Positions 9,467 through 19,738 of a stretch of DNA of 64,000 nt are shown here, piece by piece. Under the pieces are notes generated by a model that searched no databases, had not been told where the DNA came from, and saw only the letters and a list, made by a program, of their open reading frames with translations. The stretch lies in contig CAWBEI010000002.1 of the NCBI GenBank assembly GCA_963787835.1, positions 1,600,001 to 1,664,000 on the forward strand, written 5' to 3'. The stretch comes from Ignavibacteriota bacterium (GTDB lineage: Bacteria > Bacteroidota > Ignavibacteria > Palsa-1295). The position numbers and the translations under genes are program-made. Every line of letters begins with the position of its first letter. The stretch's first letter is position 1.

Positions 9467-9901
9467 ATGCAGCGCGTGGGCGCACATTTAGCACAGATCG
9501 GTGCATTTTTAACCGTTCTCATCTTTTTTGCCGATACGATCAATGCCGATATTCTCTACGCAGCGATCATTGGGGACGTCCAATTTCAGGATAATCCGCT
9601 TATCCTCGATTCGGCGACAGATTCCACCAGTGTAGTACCCGACGTGCTCCAGCCCCATGTCAACTATTTTGCGGCGGCGAAGTATGATGGGGGTGCCACC
9701 AATGTTCACCGGCACATCATACCACGTTTTTTCGGTACCACGATCATTGAGGATGCCGATAGTCCGGCTGTTCTCGATGGCGAATGCACCGCGAACCTCA
9801 CGTACGATTTACATACCTTTTTTATTCAGGACAAGATCGAATCCCGGAGCGCCGTTACTACGCTTAACCGGACGATCACCTATGGGCGTCTTCTGATTTA
9901 G
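9467..9901 (+). CDS. Hypothetical membrane-anchored protein upstream of RND operon
   Basis: N-terminal hydrophobic segment; start uncertain (ORF open from 9263). Confidence 0.55.
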   Translation: MQRVGAHLAQIGAFLTVLIFFADTINADILYAAIIGDVQFQDNPLILDSATDSTSVVPDVLQPHVNYFAAAKYDGGATNVHRHIIPRFFGTTIIEDADSPAVLDGECTANLTYDLHTFFIQDKIESRSAVTTLNRTITYGRLLI

Positions 9902-10053
9902 CAGTCGTCAACCGACTGGCCCTCTTCGCCGTGATATTCCTATCAAGGCATATTCATTTTTAGTGCATTCCACGCAGGTGCTCTGGCATAATGGCTATGG
10001 GCTTGTGCGAGAAATGCAGAGTTTCCTCAGGTATTATCAGAGAAATCTAGGCA

Positions 10054-11325
10054 ATGCCATATTCTAATCAATTTTTGAGACGAGCAGCACTCTCCGTGTT
10101 ACTTGCGCTTCTGGGATCTAATGTGGCCCACGGGCAAGCGGATACGATGTCGCTAAGTTTAAGTACCGCGCGCCAGATAGCACTATCCCGAAGCGCAGTG
10201 CTCGCCGGTGACCGCTATCGCTTGCATGCAGCCGAAGCAGATACGATGACGGCGCATCTATTCCCGAATCCAGAGCTTTCCGTGAATGCGGCGAGCTATG
10301 GTTTGTTCCAAAAACCGATCGATAACTCGCTTGCTACGACTTCGTACCGGCTTGACCAAACAATCCCGATCGCTGGGCAAATGAGCAATCATATTCTGAC
10401 CGCGAGAGAATCGACGGAAGCGGCGCGAAGGACTTACGATAATCAGGTCTTTCAAACGAAAGCTACTGTTAAGGATAGTTATATTGATGCGGCCTACGCT
10501 CAAGTCAATATCGATCTCGCTCGGCAGAATTACGACCTCTTTGCTAAACTGGTTGAGGGATCGAAAGCACAGCTTCATGCGGGAGCTATTGCGGAAGAAG
10601 ATCTCATCAAGCTTGAACTGACGGAGCTGACTTACCGCCAGGCTGTCAGCGATGCAGAGCAGAGCCTGACAGATGCGTTGAACTCACTCAAGCAAACGAT
10701 GGGGTTCGATACAACTCTCCCAATTAGGGTGCAATATGATTTCCAGTCTTCTGGATATCTGATGCCGCGAGACTCTCTGGAACATGTGGCCTATGCTGAG
10801 CGCGCCGATCTTAGCGCTGCCGAGCATTCCGTAAAAGCTGCGAAGCATCAGTCCGATCTTTCGCATTCCAACGCGTGGCCAGCCCCTACTTTGGGGATCG
10901 AGCTCGATCGGGATGGTCCGGACTTTCAGAACTATGTTGGCGGCGGGATCGGAATTTCGATCCCGATCTTCAACCAGAATCAGGATGATATTTATCGTTC
11001 CGAATCCAACGAGCGCGCCGCCGAATACGATTACGAGAATGCTCGCATTGGCGTCCATGGCGATTTCAATGCGGCCTACGATAAATACCGGAACTCGCTC
11101 AACACGTTTCGAGGGCTTCCGGCCGACCTTGTGAAAATGGCTACCGATGTGCGCGATAACGCCATTAAGAACTATTCTGCGGGGCGGATCGGTCTGATCG
11201 ACCTGCTCAGCTCCGAGCAAGTTTATCATGATGCCATTGCGAGCTATTATGGCTCGCTCTACACACTTGCTAAAAACCAATCACTGCTGGAACGCGCCGT
11301 TGGCGTAGAAATTTTTGAGAAATAA
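10054..11325 (+). CDS. TolC/CzcC outer-membrane efflux protein
   Basis: Signal peptide, FPNPEL, WPAPTLG, ISIPIFNQNQ, YSAGRIGLIDLL. Confidence 0.92.
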   Translation: MPYSNQFLRRAALSVLLALLGSNVAHGQADTMSLSLSTARQIALSRSAVLAGDRYRLHAAEADTMTAHLFPNPELSVNAASYGLFQKPIDNSLATTSYRLDQTIPIAGQMSNHILTARESTEAARRTYDNQVFQTKATVKDSYIDAAYAQVNIDLARQNYDLFAKLVEGSKAQLHAGAIAEEDLIKLELTELTYRQAVSDAEQSLTDALNSLKQTMGFDTTLPIRVQYDFQSSGYLMPRDSLEHVAYAERADLSAAEHSVKAAKHQSDLSHSNAWPAPTLGIELDRDGPDFQNYVGGGIGISIPIFNQNQDDIYRSESNERAAEYDYENARIGVHGDFNAAYDKYRNSLNTFRGLPADLVKMATDVRDNAIKNYSAGRIGLIDLLSSEQVYHDAIASYYGSLYTLAKNQSLLERAVGVEIFEK

Positions 11326-12451
11326 TGTTATGCAAAGAATAAAATTTTTAATCGTACTGCCGGCGCTTCTTGTGCTTGGCGCGTGCTCGAAAAAAACGGA
11401 TGAGCCCACGGAAGAATCGAAGGCATCATCGAAGGATATCATTACCGTCAGTGCAAAGATGGCGTCTCAGTTGCCGCTTGCGACAGCCCAGACGGAGCCG
11501 ATCAAGTTCATCACGTTGCTTTCGGGACATATTGATTTCGATCCGAACAAAGTGACGCACGTCGATCCGCTTGTGGGCGGAGTCATCAGTCATATTTACG
11601 TGACGCAAGGAGATGTTGTTCATAAAGGGCAAGTGCTCGCCGATGTCTATAGCGGAGATTTTGCGAGTGCGATCTCGGACTTTCAAAAAGCGAAGTCAGC
11701 CCGAACCCTTGCCGATAAAGCGCTCGCGCGCGCGCAGGAATTGCTCGACTCGAAAGTGGCCTCGAAACAGGAGGTGCAGCAGGCTGAGAACGATGATGCA
11801 CAAGCGAAGGCAGATTACAATCGAAGCCTCGATGCACTAAAGCTTCTTGGAGGCAATGAAAATTCAAACACCATGACGTTCCAGATCACCGCGCCGATCG
11901 AGGGCACGGTCGTCGAACGGCTGGCGCAACCCGGTTCCCAGGTTCGGAATGATGGTTCAACGCCAGCTTTTACTATTGGAAGCACATCAAGCCTTTGGGT
12001 TTCGCTCGATGCGTATCCGGAAAATCTCCGCTCGCTGAAAGTGGGGGATTCCGTCGTTCTAAAAGCTGCCGGTTTGGAGGATCATCCATTTAGTTCACAA
12101 ATAGAATACACATCTCCAACAGTCGATCCAACGACGTTTACAACCAAAATACGTTGTACGTTGCCTAATTCTGGCGGGCTATTAAAGCCTGCGATGTTCG
12201 TTGGTGCAACGGTCTATCACGCAGATGGTCAGGGACTCTATATCCCTGGATCGGCAGCATTCTATGACGCCGATGGCAAAGTGTACGTCTTTTTTCAGAA
12301 CGCTCCGCACACGTTCCGGAAACAAGAAGTGACGGTCGGTCAAACCGAGCCAGACCGTGTGCAAATCAACAGTGGGCTTAATGCTGGCGACACCATCGTG
12401 GGTGATAAGTCACTTTTTCTTAATGACGAACTTCAGTCAGATCAAAAATAA
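11315..12451 (+). CDS. RND periplasmic adaptor (CzcB-like lipoprotein)
   Basis: Lipobox LGAC, ITAPIEGTV, LKPAMF; start may be 11330. Confidence 0.92.
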   Translation: MRNNVMQRIKFLIVLPALLVLGACSKKTDEPTEESKASSKDIITVSAKMASQLPLATAQTEPIKFITLLSGHIDFDPNKVTHVDPLVGGVISHIYVTQGDVVHKGQVLADVYSGDFASAISDFQKAKSARTLADKALARAQELLDSKVASKQEVQQAENDDAQAKADYNRSLDALKLLGGNENSNTMTFQITAPIEGTVVERLAQPGSQVRNDGSTPAFTIGSTSSLWVSLDAYPENLRSLKVGDSVVLKAAGLEDHPFSSQIEYTSPTVDPTTFTTKIRCTLPNSGGLLKPAMFVGATVYHADGQGLYIPGSAAFYDADGKVYVFFQNAPHTFRKQEVTVGQTEPDRVQINSGLNAGDTIVGDKSLFLNDELQSDQK

Positions 12452-12487
12452 CCCATTGCTGATACACTCACAGAAGGGGAATTACCC

Positions 12488-15400
12488 ATGCTGAAAAAAA
12501 TTGTTGAACTCGCTCTTAAAGAGCGAATCGTCGTTTATTTTACAACAGCGCTACTTGTGGTTGCTGGAATTTATTCGTTCTCGCAACTTCCGATCGATGC
12601 CTATCCGGATCTGACCAACACGCGTGTCCAGATCGTTACGCAGTGGCCGGGACGGAGCACGGAGGAGGTGGAAAAATTTGTCACGATCCCAACCGAAACA
12701 GAGATGAATGGAATTCCGCATCTCATCTCGCTTCGTTCGACAACGCTATTTGGACTTTCGACGGTCTATCTCACGTTTGACGATGCGACCGACGATTTTA
12801 CTGCCCGAACGTATGTCAATCAGCAGTTGGCAGCGGTTGATCTGCCTGACGGAGTTACACCGTCGCTTGCTCCACAAAGCGGGCCGACCGGAGAGATCTA
12901 TCGTTACACCCTTCAGAGCAAGACGCGTTCGCCAATGGAACTGAAAGCGATCGAAGATTGGGTACTCGAACGTCAGTGGAAATCCGTGCAGGGGGTTGTG
13001 GATGTAACAAGCTTCGGCGGACCTACCAAGCAATATGAGGTTGCGATCGACCCACAAAAACTTGCCTATTACGGAATCGGCATTCAACAGGTATCCGATG
13101 CGCTGGCGGCCAATAATGCGAATGCGGGCGGTTCGCTGATCGAGCAAGGCGATCAGGGATATGTCTTCCGAGGGGTTGGCCTGCTCGCGAGCGTGAATGA
13201 CATTCAGAATGTGCTTGTAGCGAATTTAAATGGCACTCCGCTCAAGATTGCTCAATTGGGTGACGTTCGCATCGGACATGCCGTGCGACTGGGGAAAGTA
13301 GAAACGCCATTGAACCATGATGCCGTCGAAGGCGTGGTGATTATGAGGCGTGGTGAGAATGCTTCGCAGGTGATTGACCGGGTCGAGGACAAAGTGAAGG
13401 AACTGAATTCTACAATCTTGCCAAGAGATGTTAAAGTCGTTCCATATTACGACCGTGCGGATCTCGTGAGTTTAACGACGCACACGGTCCTGCACAATCT
13501 TGTGGTAGGGATGCTGTTGGTGATTATCATTCTGTTTATTTTTCTTGGGAACATTCGCAGCGCCTTTATCGCGGCATTGGTTGTACCGCTGTCCCTTTTA
13601 TTCGCGTTTGTTCTCATGCATCTCGCGGGGATGTCTGCCAATCTTCTTTCGCTGGGTGCCATTGATTTCGGCGTTATTATTGACGGCGCGGTGATCATGG
13701 TCGAGGCCATTTTTGCGCGACTTGCCATACAGCATATTGTAGATCGGGCTCAGCGGGAAACCCTCATTGAATCGACGGCCATGGAGATGAGCAAGCCGAT
13801 CTTTTTCTCCATCGTTATCATCATTGCTGCGATGTTGCCGATCTTCACCTTTCAACAGATCGAAGGAAGGATGTTTTCTCCGCTTGCGTACACGCTTGGG
13901 TTTGCGCTCGTAGGAGCGTTGTTGCTCTCGCTAACGCTCGTGCCGGTGCTTGCGCAGGATCTTTTGAAAGGCGAACTCCATGAGAAGAGTCCGCTCTTTG
14001 AATGGCTCAATAAAGTGTATGTCAAGGTGTTGGATACCTCGTTGCGGAAGGGCAAATTGATCTTCGGCATTTCGGTTGGGGTGCTGTTAGTGAGTCTGTA
14101 CCTCAGCCAATTCCTTGGAACGGAATTCCTTCCACATTTAAATGAGGGCACGCTATGGGTTCGTGCGTCGATGCCAATCAGCGTTAGTCCATCGACTGCC
14201 GATTCCACTTCGGAACACATTATCAATTTGTTAACGAGCTTTGATGAAGTCAAAAACGTGGTGCTGCAATTAGGCAGACCGGACGATGGCACCGATGCGA
14301 CTGGATTTTTCAATGCGGAGTTTTTCGTCGATTTGAAGCCGGAGGAGCAATGGAAAAAGCATTCCACGAAAGAAGCGCTTATTGCGGATATGAACGAAAA
14401 ATTTGCTGCTTTCCCCGGAATTGACTTCAACTTTTCCCAGCCGATCTCCGACAATGTGGAGGAATGGGTAAGTGGCGTTAAAGGCGAGCTTTCGGTGAAA
14501 TTATTCGGATCTGATCTGGGTGTGCTTCAGAAAGAGGGTGAACAAGTGAGCGAAATTCTGAATCGTATCACTGGGGTCACCGATGTAGGGGTCTTCACGG
14601 AGATCGGTCAGCCTACGTTGCAGGTCGATATCGATCGCATCCGGGCAGCGCAGTATGGTGTCAACATCAGTGATGTTCAACTATTGATCGAGTCCGCGAT
14701 TGGTGGTCACGTTGCCACACAGTTTTACGAAGGCGAGAAACATTTTGATGTCGTCATTCGCCTTGCCGAGCAATTCCGTAATGCGCCGGATAAGATCGGC
14801 GCGTTGCTTGTCTCGACTTCGAATGGTGCAAAAATTCCACTTTCCGAAATTTCTACCATCAGTGTGAAACCGGGCGCGGCTTTTATTTATCGAGAATCGA
14901 ACGGCCGCTATCTCGCCATTAAATTTAGCGTGCGCGGACGGGATATGGGTGGCGCGGTCGCAGAGGCGCGCGCGAAGGTCGCTAAAGAAGTCAAATTTCC
15001 TGGAGGAACCTATGCCGTATGGGGGGGCGAGTTCGAAAGCCAGCAACGCGCAATGGCGAGGCTCGCGATCGTAGTACCGCTCAGCCTGCTGCTTATTTTG
15101 ATATTACTCTATACGACGTTTGACTCATGGGGCTATGCGCTGATCAGCCTGGCGAACGTTCCTTTCGTGACTATCGGTGGAATTCTCGGATTGTTGGTAG
15201 CCGGCCTGCATTTTTCCGTTTCAGCGGGGATTGGATTCATCGCACTTTTTGGCGTGAGTATAATGAATGGCGTAGTGCTACTAACATTTGTGAAGCATCA
15301 TAAAGATGAATTCGATAACGTTGCCGATCTCTTACGTCATGCATGCATGAGTCGCGTCCGGCCGATCGTTATGGTCGCAGTACTCGCCATGATAGGACTG

Positions 15401-15577
15401 ATGCCGGCTGCGCTTTCGACCGGCATCGGTTCAGAGACGCAAAAACCTCTTGCGGTTGTGATCGTGAGCGGACTATTACTTACGGCATTTATTAACCTCA
15501 TTCTGCTACCGATCATGTATCAGGTATTTAGAATTGACCAACCCAGAAGAAAATTATTCCCTTCCAAGCAAAGTTGA
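12488..15577 (+). CDS. czcA: CzcA/CusA heavy-metal RND permease
   Basis: LPIDAYPD, ANLLSLGAIDFGVIIDGAVIMVE, GSETQKPLA; 1029 aa. Confidence 0.93.
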   Translation: MLKKIVELALKERIVVYFTTALLVVAGIYSFSQLPIDAYPDLTNTRVQIVTQWPGRSTEEVEKFVTIPTETEMNGIPHLISLRSTTLFGLSTVYLTFDDATDDFTARTYVNQQLAAVDLPDGVTPSLAPQSGPTGEIYRYTLQSKTRSPMELKAIEDWVLERQWKSVQGVVDVTSFGGPTKQYEVAIDPQKLAYYGIGIQQVSDALAANNANAGGSLIEQGDQGYVFRGVGLLASVNDIQNVLVANLNGTPLKIAQLGDVRIGHAVRLGKVETPLNHDAVEGVVIMRRGENASQVIDRVEDKVKELNSTILPRDVKVVPYYDRADLVSLTTHTVLHNLVVGMLLVIIILFIFLGNIRSAFIAALVVPLSLLFAFVLMHLAGMSANLLSLGAIDFGVIIDGAVIMVEAIFARLAIQHIVDRAQRETLIESTAMEMSKPIFFSIVIIIAAMLPIFTFQQIEGRMFSPLAYTLGFALVGALLLSLTLVPVLAQDLLKGELHEKSPLFEWLNKVYVKVLDTSLRKGKLIFGISVGVLLVSLYLSQFLGTEFLPHLNEGTLWVRASMPISVSPSTADSTSEHIINLLTSFDEVKNVVLQLGRPDDGTDATGFFNAEFFVDLKPEEQWKKHSTKEALIADMNEKFAAFPGIDFNFSQPISDNVEEWVSGVKGELSVKLFGSDLGVLQKEGEQVSEILNRITGVTDVGVFTEIGQPTLQVDIDRIRAAQYGVNISDVQLLIESAIGGHVATQFYEGEKHFDVVIRLAEQFRNAPDKIGALLVSTSNGAKIPLSEISTISVKPGAAFIYRESNGRYLAIKFSVRGRDMGGAVAEARAKVAKEVKFPGGTYAVWGGEFESQQRAMARLAIVVPLSLLLILILLYTTFDSWGYALISLANVPFVTIGGILGLLVAGLHFSVSAGIGFIALFGVSIMNGVVLLTFVKHHKDEFDNVADLLRHACMSRVRPIVMVAVLAMIGLMPAALSTGIGSETQKPLAVVIVSGLLLTAFINLILLPIMYQVFRIDQPRRKLFPSKQS

Positions 15578-15607
15578 AGCACACTTGAATGGTACAGATT
15601 CTATAAC

Positions 15608-16195
15608 ATGACTCAGCGTCTAACAGACCTTTGCGGATGGAGAATGAAGGCTGTCACACTCCTGCTCGTGCTTGTGACACAACGCCAGACGGCATCCGCG
15701 CGGGTGCTGGATAGTCTTGAAGTTTCTTCTCGTCCGTCTATGAAAGAATCGAATCTTTCGTTCCAGCTTAGCTCCGGTCTTGGGTACAATCCAGCTCAGG
15801 GGGGTAGTGAATTATGGAGCGTTAAGCTTATGCTTGGAACGCCGCTCTTTAGCACGGACGGCACGCTGTGGGCAGGGATCGAGCCAACAATGGTTCCGCA
15901 AAGCATAGGAGATGAAAATGCCGTAGATGGCTTCTCGCCATTTGTCATCGAGTACGAACATGATTTCCCTATTTCAAGAATGACGACCTTTTTGTATGCG
16001 AATGCCGGTGCAGGACCGCAGTTCGGAGATCGCTCGAACCATCTTCTGTTTCAGGCCGTGATGTTCTCGGCAGGAGCGGGGCTTCGCGATGGCGGAAGAT
16101 CTGGATTTTTCGGGCAATTAGGTGTAACATATAACAATGTTCCGATGACGAACGCCCGCGAGTTCCTGATCCTGAACGCCGGTATTTTCTTTTGA
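15608..16195 (+). CDS. Hypothetical outer-membrane beta-barrel protein
   Basis: Signal-like N-terminus, C-terminal LNAGIFF. Confidence 0.55.
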   Translation: MTQRLTDLCGWRMKAVTLLLVLVTQRQTASARVLDSLEVSSRPSMKESNLSFQLSSGLGYNPAQGGSELWSVKLMLGTPLFSTDGTLWAGIEPTMVPQSIGDENAVDGFSPFVIEYEHDFPISRMTTFLYANAGAGPQFGDRSNHLLFQAVMFSAGAGLRDGGRSGFFGQLGVTYNNVPMTNAREFLILNAGIFF

Positions 16196-16245
16196 AGTTC
16201 AGCGTTAAGTGCCACGATTTTTGGTAATTTCCTTCAAGCTCCTAC

Positions 16246-17352
16246 ATGATGCCTCTTAGAAGTTCCGCCTTTCTTCTCCTCTTGTGCCTTTTTGAGATAA
16301 GCATAGCTCACTCAGCTCCTGCGCTAGCGTCAAGCCCATCTTGTTTGTCCCACGATTCCTTGTTCCAACTACCTATTAAATTTGCATTTCCAACTCGTAA
16401 TGATTCCATCACAGTAGCTCCGAGGGATTCTTTACGATGCATTGGTGACACGAACAATGCATACACACTCGATACCTCCAGGTTCATCCCCTGGTCGCAA
16501 TATCGCTGGGCCGATCATCAGATGTACACACTTACAGGGGATCCACCACGCCGATATACCCAGATCCAGCCTATTCCGGCCTACACCTATCTTGGGACGT
16601 ATTTCGGGATACTTGCTGCGCTTCACCTTTATCAGGAGGAGACTTTTTGGCGATCGGGGCAATCGTTTCGTATTCGGGATAATTTTGATGAATCGTTAGG
16701 CGCAAATTACGGCGGTCACTTTGATGGTGGCTATTTTGTGTCCTACGTATCAGAGCAGGCTTTGATCGCTTCAGGAGTCAGCTACAAACTCGCTCCGATC
16801 TATGGTGCGATCGGTGGGCTGTTATATCAAACCTATGTCGAAGTATTAGATGGGTATGGTTCCGATTTTTCACTGTCGCCATTCGAAGTATTCTCCCAAA
16901 CGCTGGGATGTATCTATTTCGCTGCATCGCAATACTGCAGGACGCTGCAGGATCTATCGCCAAAGTTCAATTATTATCCTTCCTCCTGGTATGGAGATTT
17001 GCCGAAAGCAGGTTCCCTGACGCCTATTGACGATTACAGTGCCTGGAATTTTTGGATCAGCGCGAATATCAAGGATCTTTCTGGATGGGGGTTCTGGCCA
17101 AATTGGCTTAATATCGCAGCCGGATATGGCGCACGGAATTTAGACGATCCCGGAGAAACGAGAACGATCACCCTTGCGCTGGATTACGATCTGGTCAAGC
17201 TACTGCCCGGTGGATCGGAGCAATGGGACTGGTGGCGCCAAACCCTGGACTTTCTAAAGTTACCAGCTCCCGGTCTCGAATGGGATGTGACCAGAGGTGG
17301 CAAAAGTTTAGGAGTACATTTCTATCTTGCCTATCCATTCGTAAAATTTTAA
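16246..17352 (+). CDS. DUF2279/YfiM-like protein (divergent)
   Basis: YQTYVEVLDG, IDDY...FWIS, WPNWLNIAAGYG, LALDYDL, LKLPAP. Confidence 0.75.
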   Translation: MMPLRSSAFLLLLCLFEISIAHSAPALASSPSCLSHDSLFQLPIKFAFPTRNDSITVAPRDSLRCIGDTNNAYTLDTSRFIPWSQYRWADHQMYTLTGDPPRRYTQIQPIPAYTYLGTYFGILAALHLYQEETFWRSGQSFRIRDNFDESLGANYGGHFDGGYFVSYVSEQALIASGVSYKLAPIYGAIGGLLYQTYVEVLDGYGSDFSLSPFEVFSQTLGCIYFAASQYCRTLQDLSPKFNYYPSSWYGDLPKAGSLTPIDDYSAWNFWISANIKDLSGWGFWPNWLNIAAGYGARNLDDPGETRTITLALDYDLVKLLPGGSEQWDWWRQTLDFLKLPAPGLEWDVTRGGKSLGVHFYLAYPFVKF

Positions 17353-17362
17353 TGATCCGCCA

Positions 17363-18022
17363 ATGAGAACATTTTTTGCAGCATTCCTTCTTCTGTTAGT
17401 ATCCCATTTGGCGATGGCCCAGACCGATGAAAAGATTTCATTCGGAGTGGGGGTCAGCTATTTTCCCGCCGTTATTCCCGGTGATGATTCTTATGGCGGT
17501 CATTTTGGCGCTGCCGGACTGATGAATTTTTCGGTGCCGATGCAATTCGGACCGTACATTCGTTTCGAGCCGGAATTAGGCTTGTATTTCAAGGCGTATC
17601 AGCAGCAGGTGCCGGATTCGGCCGGTTCCTCGAGCACATTTCTAAGAACGGCGAACCAGCAAATTGTGCGTGCGGGATTTGGGGTGATCTACACCAAGCA
17701 AGTGGATTCCGTTTTTCAATTCGGCCTCGGTGCACGGTTGGGAATTATGTCGTCTGAATATGAGACCCATCAAGCGACCAGTGGCGTGCAAGATAGCGAT
17801 GTTCATTATGGAGTGTTCTATCTCGGTGCCGTCTTTTCGGTAGAATATTTTATATCAAAGCATTTCAGTATTGGCGGGGAACTGCAATTCATCCATTATG
17901 ACTTTGGCGCGCCGCTCGTTACGGTCGGCTCCAATCAGCTGAGTGGATATCTCTCACCAGACACCCCGCAACAAGGCGTCTGGAGCACCAATGAAGTGCT
18001 CTCGGCGAAGTTTTGGTTCTGA
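17363..18022 (+). CDS. Outer-membrane beta-barrel protein
   Basis: Signal AMA-Q, VEYFISKHFSIGGE, C-terminal KFWF. Confidence 0.7.
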   Translation: MRTFFAAFLLLLVSHLAMAQTDEKISFGVGVSYFPAVIPGDDSYGGHFGAAGLMNFSVPMQFGPYIRFEPELGLYFKAYQQQVPDSAGSSSTFLRTANQQIVRAGFGVIYTKQVDSVFQFGLGARLGIMSSEYETHQATSGVQDSDVHYGVFYLGAVFSVEYFISKHFSIGGELQFIHYDFGAPLVTVGSNQLSGYLSPDTPQQGVWSTNEVLSAKFWF

Positions 18023-18041
18023 TTTTTTATTATTTTTAATC

Positions 18042-18665
18042 ATGCAAATACGTTCACGCCATTTCACGGTGGCATTCTTCCTTGCTGCACTCGTCTATGG
18101 GAGCAGCGCGTTGGCGCAAGCGCCTTCCGATTCGGTTCTTGGATCCCGCTGGTTGCAGGATGCCTACGGCGTTCGGCTCGGCGCGATCGGGAATTATTTC
18201 GTGAATAAAAGCGTGCAGATCGAAAATCCGTTCGATGCGCCGCCGGTTAAAGGCGGTTGGCATCCGGTGCTCAACCCCTATTACGAAGTACCACTTACGC
18301 AAGGAGTGACTGCTTCGTACGAGCTGATGCTCGTCTATGAGAGCTGGTCTGTCTTCGGGCTTTCGGATTTCAACTTCCAAAGCTACGGATTCAATTGCGA
18401 GTTTCGATGGGATCCTTCGGCCAGCGCGGGAGACGCGCCGGCCATCCATCGGATGCACCCCTATTATTCCTGTGGGGCAGGATTCGATACCTACACAGAT
18501 CGGGTATCGATCAGTCTTCCGCTCAGCGCCGGCGAGCTGATCCCGTTCTCGAACAGAACGGAACTTGAATTGGCCGCTCGCATCACGCCGCAATTATTTC
18601 TTGGTAATGGTCTTGGTATGTCATACGGGATCACCGCAGGAATCCGAATGCTTAATCCCCAATAA
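18042..18665 (+). CDS. Hypothetical outer-membrane beta-barrel protein
   Basis: Signal ALA-Q, HPYYSCGAG, YGITAGIR. Confidence 0.6.
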   Translation: MQIRSRHFTVAFFLAALVYGSSALAQAPSDSVLGSRWLQDAYGVRLGAIGNYFVNKSVQIENPFDAPPVKGGWHPVLNPYYEVPLTQGVTASYELMLVYESWSVFGLSDFNFQSYGFNCEFRWDPSASAGDAPAIHRMHPYYSCGAGFDTYTDRVSISLPLSAGELIPFSNRTELELAARITPQLFLGNGLGMSYGITAGIRMLNPQ

Positions 18666-18688
18666 CCTTCTTAACCATTTTGAACCCT

Positions 18689-19678
18689 ATGAGATCATTA
18701 TGCCTTTTCATTTTCGTCCTGCTCGTTGTGCCTCCGGCTGCGTCAATAGCACAAGTGGATTCATCGCGCGCCGTTTCGGACACCACCTCCTATGCGCCAA
18801 AGCTTGACTGGGGTCGGGTTGGTGCTAGTGTCGGTGGGCTCACGGCTACAATCGTCGCCATTCATATTTATCAAAATAATGCCTGGTGGGCCAATGACCG
18901 AGAGGGATTTCATGTGATCGAAGATCCTTCCTATCAAGCGGATTTCGATAAGTGCGGCCACATGTTCGGAGCGGAATACAGTTCCTGGGTGTTCGATCAA
19001 GCCTACCGATGGGCCGGCATGGATACGATACAAGCCAATGTGTTCGGAGCGCTTTCGGGCGCCTTGTGGGAGTATTATGTCGAGATCGAAGATGGCTTTG
19101 CAAGCGCCTGGGGCTTCTCGCGTGGGGATGCGAAGAGCGATATTACAGGTGCTACTTTTTATCTGCTGAGCCAGCGAGTGCCTTACCTCGACGATCTTCG
19201 GTATAAATGGTTTTTTACGCCAACCAACAAGTTGCTGAAAGACCAGCCCGATATTCCCGGGCAGAGCGTCAATGCGATCGAAGATTATGGTGGGCAAACC
19301 TATTATCTGCGCGCTGATGTCGATGCAATGCTTCCGAACGACTGGAAGTGCTATTGGCCCAAGTGGTTAAACCTTGGTGTGGCAGTCAGCGGATATGATA
19401 TCAATACTGACGATGTCAATAGCCCGTCCGGAAACGTATTCGACCTACGCAAGAAAGCGTGGTACCTCACGCTGGATTACGACATCGAAAAGATCATTCC
19501 CAAGACCGGCATCGGCTTTGTGGATTTCCTGGTAAGTGCCCTTGGCTATTGGCATTTTCCGGCCCCGGCCTGGCGGTTCTATCCCGATAAGGTGTTCTAC
19601 TGGACCTTTCCGGTTAATATCTCGATCGATCATGGCCTCCACATTGGAGCGGAACCCTCCTTTGGAGGGACGAATTAG
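18689..19678 (+). CDS. DUF2279/YfiM-family protein
   Basis: DKCGHMF, VEIEDGF...WGFS.GD, EDYGGQTYYL, WPKWLNLGV, LDYD, HFPAP. Confidence 0.85.
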   Translation: MRSLCLFIFVLLVVPPAASIAQVDSSRAVSDTTSYAPKLDWGRVGASVGGLTATIVAIHIYQNNAWWANDREGFHVIEDPSYQADFDKCGHMFGAEYSSWVFDQAYRWAGMDTIQANVFGALSGALWEYYVEIEDGFASAWGFSRGDAKSDITGATFYLLSQRVPYLDDLRYKWFFTPTNKLLKDQPDIPGQSVNAIEDYGGQTYYLRADVDAMLPNDWKCYWPKWLNLGVAVSGYDINTDDVNSPSGNVFDLRKKAWYLTLDYDIEKIIPKTGIGFVDFLVSALGYWHFPAPAWRFYPDKVFYWTFPVNISIDHGLHIGAEPSFGGTN

Positions 19679-19738
19679 TTCAGATCAAGAAAATTCAAGG
19701 TGGCGTATAAATGATGAAGTGAATCATGTGGTGGGCAC

